A stretch of 16,518 bases of DNA from Promethearchaeota archaeon (GTDB taxonomy: Archaea > Asgardarchaeota > Thorarchaeia > Thorarchaeales > Thorarchaeaceae), in the NCBI GenBank assembly GCA_014728035.1, contig WJMJ01000011.1, forward strand, positions 1 through 16,518, given 5' to 3'. The notes beneath the pieces are model-generated. The model did no database searches. It saw only the letters and a list, made by a program, of their open reading frames with translations, and was not told where the DNA came from. Both the position numbers and the translations under genes were made by a program. Shown in pieces: positions 1 to 8,031 of the stretch (positions are counted from its first letter, which is position 1; each line of letters starts with the position of its first letter).

Positions 1-642
1 AGAAATGTGGATGTTGGAATGAGTGCATTTCTGATTTTTGCACTAACCTTTGTTGGATATATCGTGTTAGGATCTCTGGGGACAACGTATAGTGAGCCAT
101 TGGGAGCAACTATACTCACCGCATTGTTCACGATAGTTCTTATCCTAGTTATCCAGATGTTAAGTAAAAGACCAAAAGAAGAAGAAGTGACGAAAACAAA
201 TCACTATGCAAATGTAGGAATCATCATAGCTATCCTCATTGCACCATTATTCATAGCAATGAATGTGGGAGCAGCAATTGGTCCAGTGCTATCAATAGTG
301 ATATGGCAATTCGTGTTTTCTGGTTTTGGAGAGGAAACCTTCTACCGAGGTTACATGCAATCTAGATTGAACGATGCCTTTGGACGACCATATGAGATTC
401 GCGGAGTCCGGTTTGGATTTGGACTTATCATATCCGCCCTGATGTTTTCACTTGCACACATACTTAATCCATTTGACCTCTGGACATTGACGGGAGAATT
501 AGCCATCTGGTGGGGCACATTTACCTTTGTTGGAGGATTAATATTTGGACTACTAAGAGAATGGAGTGGAAGCATTGTCCCAGGAGGACTTGTTCACGGG
601 CTTGAGGCCTTTGGTGAGGCGTTAGGTGTCATTTTTTCGTAG
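1..642 (+). CDS. CPBP family (CAAX protease/Abi) intramembrane glutamic endopeptidase, probably 5'-truncated by the window edge
   Basis: Multiple TM helices; motifs GFGEETFYRGYMQ (EExxxR), FSLAH and HGL; the frame is open to position 1. Confidence 0.9.
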   Translation, partial: RNVDVGMSAFLIFALTFVGYIVLGSLGTTYSEPLGATILTALFTIVLILVIQMLSKRPKEEEVTKTNHYANVGIIIAILIAPLFIAMNVGAAIGPVLSIVIWQFVFSGFGEETFYRGYMQSRLNDAFGRPYEIRGVRFGFGLIISALMFSLAHILNPFDLWTLTGELAIWWGTFTFVGGLIFGLLREWSGSIVPGGLVHGLEAFGEALGVIFS

Positions 643-651
643 AGTGTGAAA

Positions 652-687
652 CGCAAGATGGACAATCTTGCGCGAGCCTCTTCTTTT
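652..687 (+). terminator. Hairpin plus pyrimidine/U tract after the CPBP gene
   Basis: Perfect 8-bp stem CGCAAGAT(652-659)/ATCTTGCG(665-672) with a 5-nt loop, 10 nt after the stop, followed by CCTCTTCTTTT. Confidence 0.5.
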
Positions 688-694
688 ATAGAGG

Positions 695-714
695 AACTGT
701 ACTTTAATACAGTT
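695..714. promoter_or_regulatory. Palindromic operator candidate overlapping a TATA-like element upstream of the nitroreductase
   Basis: AACTGTA-CTTTAA-TACAGTT is a perfect 7-bp inverted repeat about 30 nt before the start codon. Confidence 0.55.
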
Positions 715-746
715 ATACTGGCTGTAAAAATACCATGTGATTGGTG

Positions 747-1514
747 ATGTCCGTGAATTACGAGGAAGAGATTCTAAAAAGAAGAAACCTATTGAAAGCA
801 AGTAACTGGCGAATTGAAAAAGAAGGAGACTGGTGGAAATCACATCAACAAAAGGGAATACCAGCTCCGCCAATTGTAAAACCAGTCCCTGAAAATGCCA
901 TGCTGATCGATTTGGTGCAACCTGAAGAATTGACCATCAAGGACATTCCATTATTTGATGCAGTTTCATCACGAAAGAGTCATCGAGCATTTACTGACGA
1001 GAAGATTTCACTTGAAGAGCTTTCCTTTCTGTTATGGACAACGCAAGGAGTTCACGAAGTTGATAAGAAGAAGATTTGGACCAAACGAGTAGTTCCTTCA
1101 GGAGGCGCCCGTCATCCATTCGAAACCTATCTTCTGATTAACCGAGTTGAAGGAATCAAAGAAGGAGTGTATCGATACCATCCCATCGAAAATAAATTGA
1201 TTCTTATAAATTCCCAGATAGACCAAGAAACTGTCAAGAAGGCATGGTATCAGGACTTCATTGGAAAGTCTGCAGTTATATTCATCTGGACAGCAATACC
1301 GTATCGAACTGAATGGAGGTACAGTTTGATATCGTACAAGGACATTCTGATTGAAGCTGGACACATCTGTCAGAATCTCTATCTCGCATGTGAGGCAATC
1401 AATGCTGGAACCTGTGCAATTGCTGCTTATGAACAAAAAGTAGTTGATTCATTGATTCAGGTTGATGGAAAAGAGGAATTAGCGGTATATCTAGCACCAG
1501 TAGGAAAAATCTAA
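747..1514 (+). CDS. SagB/ThcOx-family FMN-dependent nitroreductase/dehydrogenase
   Basis: SRKSHRAF FMN-binding motif, PSGGARHPFETY, GVYRYHP, EAGHICQNLYLACEA. The start is ATG747, or GTG753 after GGTGA. Confidence 0.9.
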   Translation: MSVNYEEEILKRRNLLKASNWRIEKEGDWWKSHQQKGIPAPPIVKPVPENAMLIDLVQPEELTIKDIPLFDAVSSRKSHRAFTDEKISLEELSFLLWTTQGVHEVDKKKIWTKRVVPSGGARHPFETYLLINRVEGIKEGVYRYHPIENKLILINSQIDQETVKKAWYQDFIGKSAVIFIWTAIPYRTEWRYSLISYKDILIEAGHICQNLYLACEAINAGTCAIAAYEQKVVDSLIQVDGKEELAVYLAPVGKI

Positions 1515-1526
1515 GGATGTCAAAAA

Positions 1527-2501
1527 ATGGAATCTACAATAACAGAGTGTGGGGAGTCAGATTGGGAGCATTTTGTAAGCCTTGAATTTGAAACAATGAA
1601 GACATTGAGTGATACACATTACAAAAAACTCGTCGAGGAAAATCCGGGAAAAACAGAGAGTGAATTGATTCAAGTCTATGGGAAATCCCTCAAAGAGGAC
1701 TTTGATTTTACCAGCCCAGATTGTAGAATCTTTGTTGCAAAAAATGACGAATCCTACGCGGGCCATGTGTGGATTGCCTATCGGAATAGTGAAGACCCTT
1801 GGGATTTTGAATGTCCAGTCTGGATATACGACATCACAATTCATCCAGACTTTCGTAGACAAGGTCTCGGAAAGCGTCTGATGGAGCAAGCTGAATTATG
1901 GACTAAAGAGAGAGGTCGTAATATCGGTCTTTTCGTGCACTATCAGAATGAAGCTGCGATTTCATTGTATAAGACCACAGGATATCGTATCAAGATGATT
2001 CCGATTTCGAAGGCACTATCGAACATTCGAGGTCTTCTAGATAGTAGCATCGAGTTTAGAAAGGTAACAAAAGAAGACCAAGCTTGGCTAGAAAAGATTG
2101 GATTTGAAGTATTCAAGAAAAAAGTGCAATATAGTATCAATAAGGATGAAACTACAATTCTGAACAAGTATCGTGAACTCTGTAAGAAAATTGAAGAAAA
2201 AGAAAACCAAGTGAGATATGTCGGAATCAACAATCAACAAGAACTGGTAGTTTCAATATGGGTATCGGAGGCCGAATTCAATGAAGATTTTGCTTATGTT
2301 CATGAAGTTGTATTTGACGAGAAAATAAGTAGTGACACAATTCACAAGGAAATACTTCATCAACTAGAGGAAGCAGCAGCAGCAATTGGAAAGAAGAAGC
2401 TGTATGTTCTTCTTCATGACGCAGACGGTATTGATTGGACGACATTCCAAAAATATGGTTATAAGATACCAGGATTCTTCATGGAAAAACGTTTGAAATA
2501 A
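1527..2501 (+). CDS. Tandem GNAT acetyltransferase (second domain degenerate)
   Basis: N-domain has YDITIHPDFRRQGLGKRLM (acetyl-CoA motif A) and NEAAISLYKTTGY; the C-half repeats the fold pattern (AYVHEV...FQKYGYK) without the RxxGxG motif. Confidence 0.85.
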   Translation: MESTITECGESDWEHFVSLEFETMKTLSDTHYKKLVEENPGKTESELIQVYGKSLKEDFDFTSPDCRIFVAKNDESYAGHVWIAYRNSEDPWDFECPVWIYDITIHPDFRRQGLGKRLMEQAELWTKERGRNIGLFVHYQNEAAISLYKTTGYRIKMIPISKALSNIRGLLDSSIEFRKVTKEDQAWLEKIGFEVFKKKVQYSINKDETTILNKYRELCKKIEEKENQVRYVGINNQQELVVSIWVSEAEFNEDFAYVHEVVFDEKISSDTIHKEILHQLEEAAAAIGKKKLYVLLHDADGIDWTTFQKYGYKIPGFFMEKRLK

Positions 2502-2568
2502 AAATATTCAGAAATATTCAAAGGGCTGAAACGAATATACGTCACTAAACATACTTGGAGGCCATAGC

Positions 2569-4701
2569 CTGCCCAAACGTGCCATAGAAGAAAGATTTCC
2601 TGTGTCAGAAGTTAACAAAATTGCAGAACGAGAGTCCACGGGATTTGGAAGACGCCATTATAGACCAGTCTATGTAATGCACAAGTGGTGGGCAAGAAGA
2701 CTGGGGTCAATTTTTAGAACAATTGTCCTGTATTCACTATTGAGTTCAAATGCGTCAGAAATTTGGAATAAATATGGAGAAGACATAGATCTCTCGGATA
2801 AGGTGATTTTGGATCCCATGATGGGTGGAGGAACAACAATCGTAGAGAGCTTACGTTTTAGTTGTAATGTGATTGGTGTTGACTTGAACCCAGTGGCATG
2901 GTTTGTTGTTAAGAAGCAAATAGAAGATATCGACCCATTAAGAGTAATGGAACTTCTTAAAAAAATGGATAAAGCCCTTGGAGATAAACTCAGAAGATAC
3001 TATTATACTACCTGTCCATATTGTGAAGAACCTTCTACTGGCATATACTATTTCCATGTAAAAGAGATTGAATGCAAGCGTTGCAAAGAAAATGTACCAT
3101 TAATGAGAAATTACATTCTTGCAAAATCTAGGTCAAAAAACTGCACATTTGTTGTCTGTCCAGGTTGTTATGAAGTGTTTGAAGTGGACAACGTAGATCA
3201 GGTTCTGAACTGCCCGAGATGCAACAGTGGGTTTAATCCTAAACGGAGCGGAAATATTAGAGGAAGAAGCTATGTCTGTCCAAATTGTGGGATTAGAGAA
3301 GGAATTGTGGAAGCAATCAGAGAACGTGGGAAACCAAAGGAGAAAATGTACGCTATCGAATACTACTGCAGCAAATGTGATGCTAGTAAAAACGACGATT
3401 TGGCTAATGGAAGGGGATACAAAGCTAGTACTCACGAAGACTTGGAACTCCAACTCAGAGCTGATGAAGAATATCAAAAAGTGAGAGGGGATTTACCCAT
3501 TCCTGCTATAGAGATTCCAAAGGGTGTAGAAACCAAGAGAGCATTGAATCATGGCTATAGAAGATTTAGTGACATGTTCAGTTCAAGACAACTCCTAACT
3601 CTTGGAAAAATTTTGAAATGGATTATAGAAATTGAAGAGGGAAATGTGAAAGAATTCTTCCTGTTAGCATTTTCCAACTGCCTCAAATACAATAATACAT
3701 TCTGTAAATACAATGCGACACAAGGATTCATTACAGATATTTTTAGAACGCATTCGTTCTCTCCGTCAATGGCACCTGTTGAAGGTAATGTGTATGACAT
3801 TCCCAAAGGAAGAGGCGCATTCACTGCGTTTGTAAAACTCATAATAGAGGGGAAAGAATATTGCAGAGCGCCCTTTGAACGAATCTTTGAGGAGGGAAAG
3901 ATGCACAAGAGAAAGCTTGCAACTTCAATCGATGCCGAACTTGTACAAGATCCAACACAATTGATAGGGGGGAAGAAAGCAATCCTGAGATGTGGTTCCT
4001 CACATACTCTGGATATTCCTTCAAAATCAGTTGATGCAGTCATAACCGACCCTCCATATGCAGACAATGTGATGTATTCTGAACTATCCAATTTCTTCTA
4101 TGTATGGTTGAAACCAGTCCTTTCTGAGAAATATGAATGCTTTAGAACAGAATTGGTACCCTGGGAAGAGGAGATTATTGAAAATGAAACACAAGGTAAA
4201 GGTGCTGAAGAGTTTCTTGAAAGTCTCATTACAGTCTTCTCGGAATCAAAAAGAGTACTCAAAGAAAATGGAATTCTAGTATTCACTTTCCATCATAAGA
4301 AGATTGAGGCATGGAAATCAATTCTTAGGGCAATTCTTCAGGCGGGTTTCACCATTTCAGCAACACATCCGGTGAGAAGTGAGATGAAAGCCTCAACACA
4401 TCTCTATAAGGTAAATAACATTACCATCGATATGATTATCGTGTGTAGAAAGAGGACAGAAGAAAGAAAGATGGAGTCGATAGATAAGCTTAGGAAATCA
4501 ATTAGTAAGGAATCAAGGAAACTGCTTGCAAAACTCAAGGCTTCAGGAAAGAAGATTGAAGAGCCAGATATTAGGGCATTGGTACTAGGGAAGTGTATGG
4601 AGGTCTATTCAAGGTACTATTCAGAAGATAACCAATGTATTTCGAAAATTCAAGAGGTTCTTAGTCTATCGGAGGATATTACAAAGAGACTATCAAAATA
4701 A
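2569..4701 (+). CDS. DUF1156/COG1743-type Zn-ribbon-containing amino (N6-adenine-type) DNA methyltransferase
   Basis: HKWWARRLGS, motif I DPMMGGGT, DLNP, catalytic TDPPY, six CxxC pairs. Start extended from GTG2602 to CTG2569, where GGAGG lies at 2557-2561 and the added peptide KRAIEERFP matches the family N-terminus. Confidence 0.88.
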   Translation: MPKRAIEERFPVSEVNKIAERESTGFGRRHYRPVYVMHKWWARRLGSIFRTIVLYSLLSSNASEIWNKYGEDIDLSDKVILDPMMGGGTTIVESLRFSCNVIGVDLNPVAWFVVKKQIEDIDPLRVMELLKKMDKALGDKLRRYYYTTCPYCEEPSTGIYYFHVKEIECKRCKENVPLMRNYILAKSRSKNCTFVVCPGCYEVFEVDNVDQVLNCPRCNSGFNPKRSGNIRGRSYVCPNCGIREGIVEAIRERGKPKEKMYAIEYYCSKCDASKNDDLANGRGYKASTHEDLELQLRADEEYQKVRGDLPIPAIEIPKGVETKRALNHGYRRFSDMFSSRQLLTLGKILKWIIEIEEGNVKEFFLLAFSNCLKYNNTFCKYNATQGFITDIFRTHSFSPSMAPVEGNVYDIPKGRGAFTAFVKLIIEGKEYCRAPFERIFEEGKMHKRKLATSIDAELVQDPTQLIGGKKAILRCGSSHTLDIPSKSVDAVITDPPYADNVMYSELSNFFYVWLKPVLSEKYECFRTELVPWEEEIIENETQGKGAEEFLESLITVFSESKRVLKENGILVFTFHHKKIEAWKSILRAILQAGFTISATHPVRSEMKASTHLYKVNNITIDMIIVCRKRTEERKMESIDKLRKSISKESRKLLAKLKASGKKIEEPDIRALVLGKCMEVYSRYYSEDNQCISKIQEVLSLSEDITKRLSK

Positions 4702-5511
4702 TGCAACCGGAAATTGAAGCAGACCAAATGAAAGCAAAAAGCAGATGCAAAGATAGGCGAACAGTGATACAACTAAGATTGTATCTTGGAAGCGCCATTC
4801 TGCGTTCCTAACATAAGTACGATCTGAAGCATATCCAAATCCTCTGCCATCCATAGACATAGATAAAGCATCTACTCGAGACAACGCGGAAACTAGTAAC
4901 GGGCGAAATGTATACCTCAGTAATTTAGAAATTCCGCGAATACTCCGAATTTCAGTTGTGATACCACGGGATTGTTGAGCCATTCGAATCATTTCAGATT
5001 CTGTGTCAAATAGAGGTAAGAATCTTAGTGCAATAATCAATGCAAAACTATAACGGTATGAAACTCCGCATTTTGCAAAGGAGTGAGCTAATAGAGTGGG
5101 ATCTGTTATTGAAACAAACAACATACTAGACAATACAATAAGTAAGAAGCGCAGGGAAAAAATTAGGCCTAGTGAAACACCGTAGTCAGTAATTGGGACG
5201 AACGGACCAAGTCCGTTAATTTCTGGAATGAGATAGACAAGAATATTCCCGTTGGGGGTCACAAGTACTTGAAGAGCAAATAGTAACAGGCCAAAAACAA
5301 AAATGAATTGTACACGTTTTTGATTCACTTTAAAGGAAATACCTGCAGCAAAGAAACCAATGATTAGAGAAATGAGAAAAAGAATGGAAACAACGATACT
5401 CGGATAAATCAAAATACCAAGTAGCATTAACATTAAAGATAGAAATTTGGCAAGAGGATTCAGTCGATGGAGAATACTGTTGCCCTCATGAAATCCAAAC
5501 TGATCTGTCAA
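4693..5511 (-). CDS. ecfT: ECF transporter transmembrane T component
   Basis: LHRLNPLAK N-terminus, ALRFLP, and the two conserved Arg motifs AQQSRG and MDGRGF; GGAGGT SD before the TTG start, which overlaps the ATPase stop. Confidence 0.93.
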   Translation of the reverse strand: MTDQFGFHEGNSILHRLNPLAKFLSLMLMLLGILIYPSIVVSILFLISLIIGFFAAGISFKVNQKRVQFIFVFGLLLFALQVLVTPNGNILVYLIPEINGLGPFVPITDYGVSLGLIFSLRFLLIVLSSMLFVSITDPTLLAHSFAKCGVSYRYSFALIIALRFLPLFDTESEMIRMAQQSRGITTEIRSIRGISKLLRYTFRPLLVSALSRVDALSMSMDGRGFGYASDRTYVRNAEWRFQDTILVVSLFAYLCICFLLSFGLLQFPVALF

Positions 5512-6962
5512 ATATGGGTACCTCCAGATTTACAATATTCATCTTTTCCAAGTGTTCTAAGACGCTTGAAGACAGAAGTTGGAGAGCCATCTAGAACTAT
5601 TTGACCAGAATCAAGAAAAAGCAGACGTGTGCAAACGCGTTCACAAAATTCTGCATTGTGTGTCACAATTATACACGCACCCCCAGATATACTGTGATTA
5701 GAAAGAGATTTTGTAATTAATTCCCGCCCTATCAAATCTTGGCCAATAAAAGGTTCATCAAATAATAAAATTTCAGGACTGTGAATTAGAGAAGATAGAA
5801 CAGTAAGGCGTCGTTTCTGGCCATGGCTGAGAGAAAAGGGATTACTCTCTTTTTTCTCAAAGAGTCCAAATTCTCTGAGCGCTAGTTCTGCTTGTTCATA
5901 CCATGAGATTTCTTGAAGGCTAAGGGCATTAATACTTAGAGTGGATTCTTTCCATACTGAACTCTCGAAAATTTGATGAACGGGATTTTGAAAAACTATT
6001 GCAATATGTTTCGCTATTTCTTTTATGCCAAGATTCTGAAGAGATTTTCCGCTAATCTGGACTTGTCCACTATTTCCAACAAGAAGACCACAAAGTAATC
6101 GAAGCAAAGTTGTCTTACCTGATCCGTTATCACCCATAAGTCCGATAATTTCTCCGGGATAGACACTTAGACTCACATTACGAATAACTTTGCCTAATTC
6201 ATAAGAGAAGCAAAGCCCCTTTGTTGATAGTAAAGGAGGTAAGGAATAATCAAGTTTACTTTTTTGAATAGGAGCTAGTTTTGATTCATTCACAGAATCA
6301 TAGGGAGATAGAATTCCTTGTTTCAATAATAAGGCTCTATCGGCCACAGGAAGAATGGCATCAATATTATGCGCGATACAGAGAATTCCATATCTTTTTT
6401 CTTTTAATTCGACTAATAATGATAGTAATTGTTTGATGCCTAGAGGGTCAAGATTTGAAGTTGGTTCATCTAAGAGAATATATCTGGGTTTAGCTGAAAG
6501 AATTGATGCAATTACTATACGTTGTTTTTCTCCACCGGATAGGGCGAGTGTACGACGATTCCTTAAGTGTAGTGATTTTACGGATTTCAAAGATTCATAT
6601 ATTCGATCTTTGATTTCCTCTATAGAAACTAGAAAATTCTCAGGACCAAATGCAACTTCATCTAAGACATTTAGTGTGCAAATTTGACTTTCAGTGTCCT
6701 GCTGCACAATACCAACCTTCTGTGAAACATCCACCAATGACATGTTTTTTGTATCATGACAATCAATAGTAATAGACCCAGAAAAGTCACCTTTGATATG
6801 ATGAGGAATAAACCCAGCCAAACACTTGGCCAAAGTCGATTTTCCAGAACCAGTGGGACCAGTTATTAACACAATCTCTCCAAGATTTAATTCGAAATTC
6901 AAACCTTCAAATACAGGTGAAGAAGACGGATAGGAGAAGGTCAGATTCTTAACTGTAATCAA
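5508..6962 (-). CDS. ECF transporter duplicated (A-A' fused) ATPase, YkoD-like
   Basis: Two ABC cassettes: GPTGSGKST/LSGGEKQR/LLDEP and GDNGSGKTT/LSHGQKRR/FDEP; DEVAFGPEN motif; GGTGA SD before TTG. Confidence 0.95.
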   Translation of the reverse strand: MITVKNLTFSYPSSSPVFEGLNFELNLGEIVLITGPTGSGKSTLAKCLAGFIPHHIKGDFSGSITIDCHDTKNMSLVDVSQKVGIVQQDTESQICTLNVLDEVAFGPENFLVSIEEIKDRIYESLKSVKSLHLRNRRTLALSGGEKQRIVIASILSAKPRYILLDEPTSNLDPLGIKQLLSLLVELKEKRYGILCIAHNIDAILPVADRALLLKQGILSPYDSVNESKLAPIQKSKLDYSLPPLLSTKGLCFSYELGKVIRNVSLSVYPGEIIGLMGDNGSGKTTLLRLLCGLLVGNSGQVQISGKSLQNLGIKEIAKHIAIVFQNPVHQIFESSVWKESTLSINALSLQEISWYEQAELALREFGLFEKKESNPFSLSHGQKRRLTVLSSLIHSPEILLFDEPFIGQDLIGRELITKSLSNHSISGGACIIVTHNAEFCERVCTRLLFLDSGQIVLDGSPTSVFKRLRTLGKDEYCKSGGTHI

Positions 6963-6972
6963 GATCTTTCAC

Positions 6973-8031
6973 CTAATACACTTCTAGACTAGATACTTGG
7001 TGAACCCAATATGCACCATCATATTCTGCTGCAATAAGCCAGAGTTCATCTTCAGCTACAGAGAGAATCAATCTATTATCAGTCATTACATCTGAAAGTC
7101 TAAACACTACCGAGTACCCATCACGAGCAGCAACCTTGAGCATAGAAGCTTCAGTGGATGGAGAAGCTTCATGTAAAATTCGACTAAGGGGAATCCCAGT
7201 ATAGTTTGCAGGAGGAAGATGAGTATACGCCCCTTGCAGCTCGGCTTCAATAGTTATTTCGGAATCGGAAAACATACCTGAAGTGTAGGTATATGGATGT
7301 TCCACAAGGCCTGTTACTTCACAAGAATAGGGGTCTACGAATGCACGAGCAACAAAACCAACATAATACACAGAGCCGATTGCGAGAAAGAGAACAAATG
7401 CAATAGCAGGTAGATTCCTGAAAAAACTCCTTCTTGGAGTTGATGGTTTTAATTTGGGGGATTTAGCATCAATAATTCCGGTTTCTTGGATGAATTCAAG
7501 TGTTTCCCATGCAAAGTACCCCGAAAAAATAATTCCAGAACAGAATGCAAGGACAGCTATTAATCCAATATAAACCCAAGGAGCACCTGAAAAGTACACA
7601 AACTGAAAGACCAGTACATTTGACGCTGAAGCAATACCACCAATCATCCACCAAGAGAATCGAGTAAAAACATCTGATTCGGAGGATTCGTTTATCACAA
7701 TCCCACCTAAATCAATTAAAACACCTTGAACCAGAGAAACCAATACAATAACAACCCCATGAGTGCTACCTGTGAACAATTCTACTAGACCCTTGAGAAA
7801 TCCTCCAAAAGTTCCTGAACCGGTTCGAGGAACAAGAATACGAATCAAAACTAACCAGAAAACATGCAAGCCCGCCATGAATTGTCCAGCACCAAAAGGA
7901 ACACCCAATGCCAAATTGATTAAATTCCCTAAATATCCAATGAAAGTACTCAAGGCACCTCCTAACGAACCAAGTATTGCAATCGTAACAATATCACGTG
8001 TATTCAGATGAGGAGAATCTTGATTTTGCAT
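6973..8031 (-). CDS. ECF S component (YkoE/ABC_cobalt-like) fused through a 7th TM to a C-terminal molybdopterin-oxidoreductase-like (SUOX-fold) domain
   Basis: LNTRDIVTIAILGSLGG start and about 6 TMs; basic linker plus an extra TM; C-domain with EVTGLVEHP, YTGIPLSRIL, AARDGY and GAYWVHQVSSLEV, and no Mo-ligating Cys. Confidence 0.82.
   Translation of the reverse strand: MQNQDSPHLNTRDIVTIAILGSLGGALSTFIGYLGNLINLALGVPFGAGQFMAGLHVFWLVLIRILVPRTGSGTFGGFLKGLVELFTGSTHGVVIVLVSLVQGVLIDLGGIVINESSESDVFTRFSWWMIGGIASASNVLVFQFVYFSGAPWVYIGLIAVLAFCSGIIFSGYFAWETLEFIQETGIIDAKSPKLKPSTPRRSFFRNLPAIAFVLFLAIGSVYYVGFVARAFVDPYSCEVTGLVEHPYTYTSGMFSDSEITIEAELQGAYTHLPPANYTGIPLSRILHEASPSTEASMLKVAARDGYSVVFRLSDVMTDNRLILSVAEDELWLIAAEYDGAYWVHQVSSLEVY

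Noticed and set aside
697-712. Genuine LexA/SOS box
   Set aside because: It matches CTGT-N8-ACAG, but the context is archaeal, where LexA regulation is not established; kept only as a generic operator
1-2501. CAAX protease + SagB-type dehydrogenase + GNAT as a thiazole/oxazole RiPP cluster
   Set aside because: No YcaO, E1-like protein or precursor peptide in the window; a hairpin/U tract separates the CPBP gene from the rest; stand-alone SagB-like genes are common in archaea
3133-4286. Antisense and alternate-frame ORFs inside the methyltransferase (and similar ones within other genes)
   Set aside because: No recognisable motifs; fully nested in well-supported CDSs
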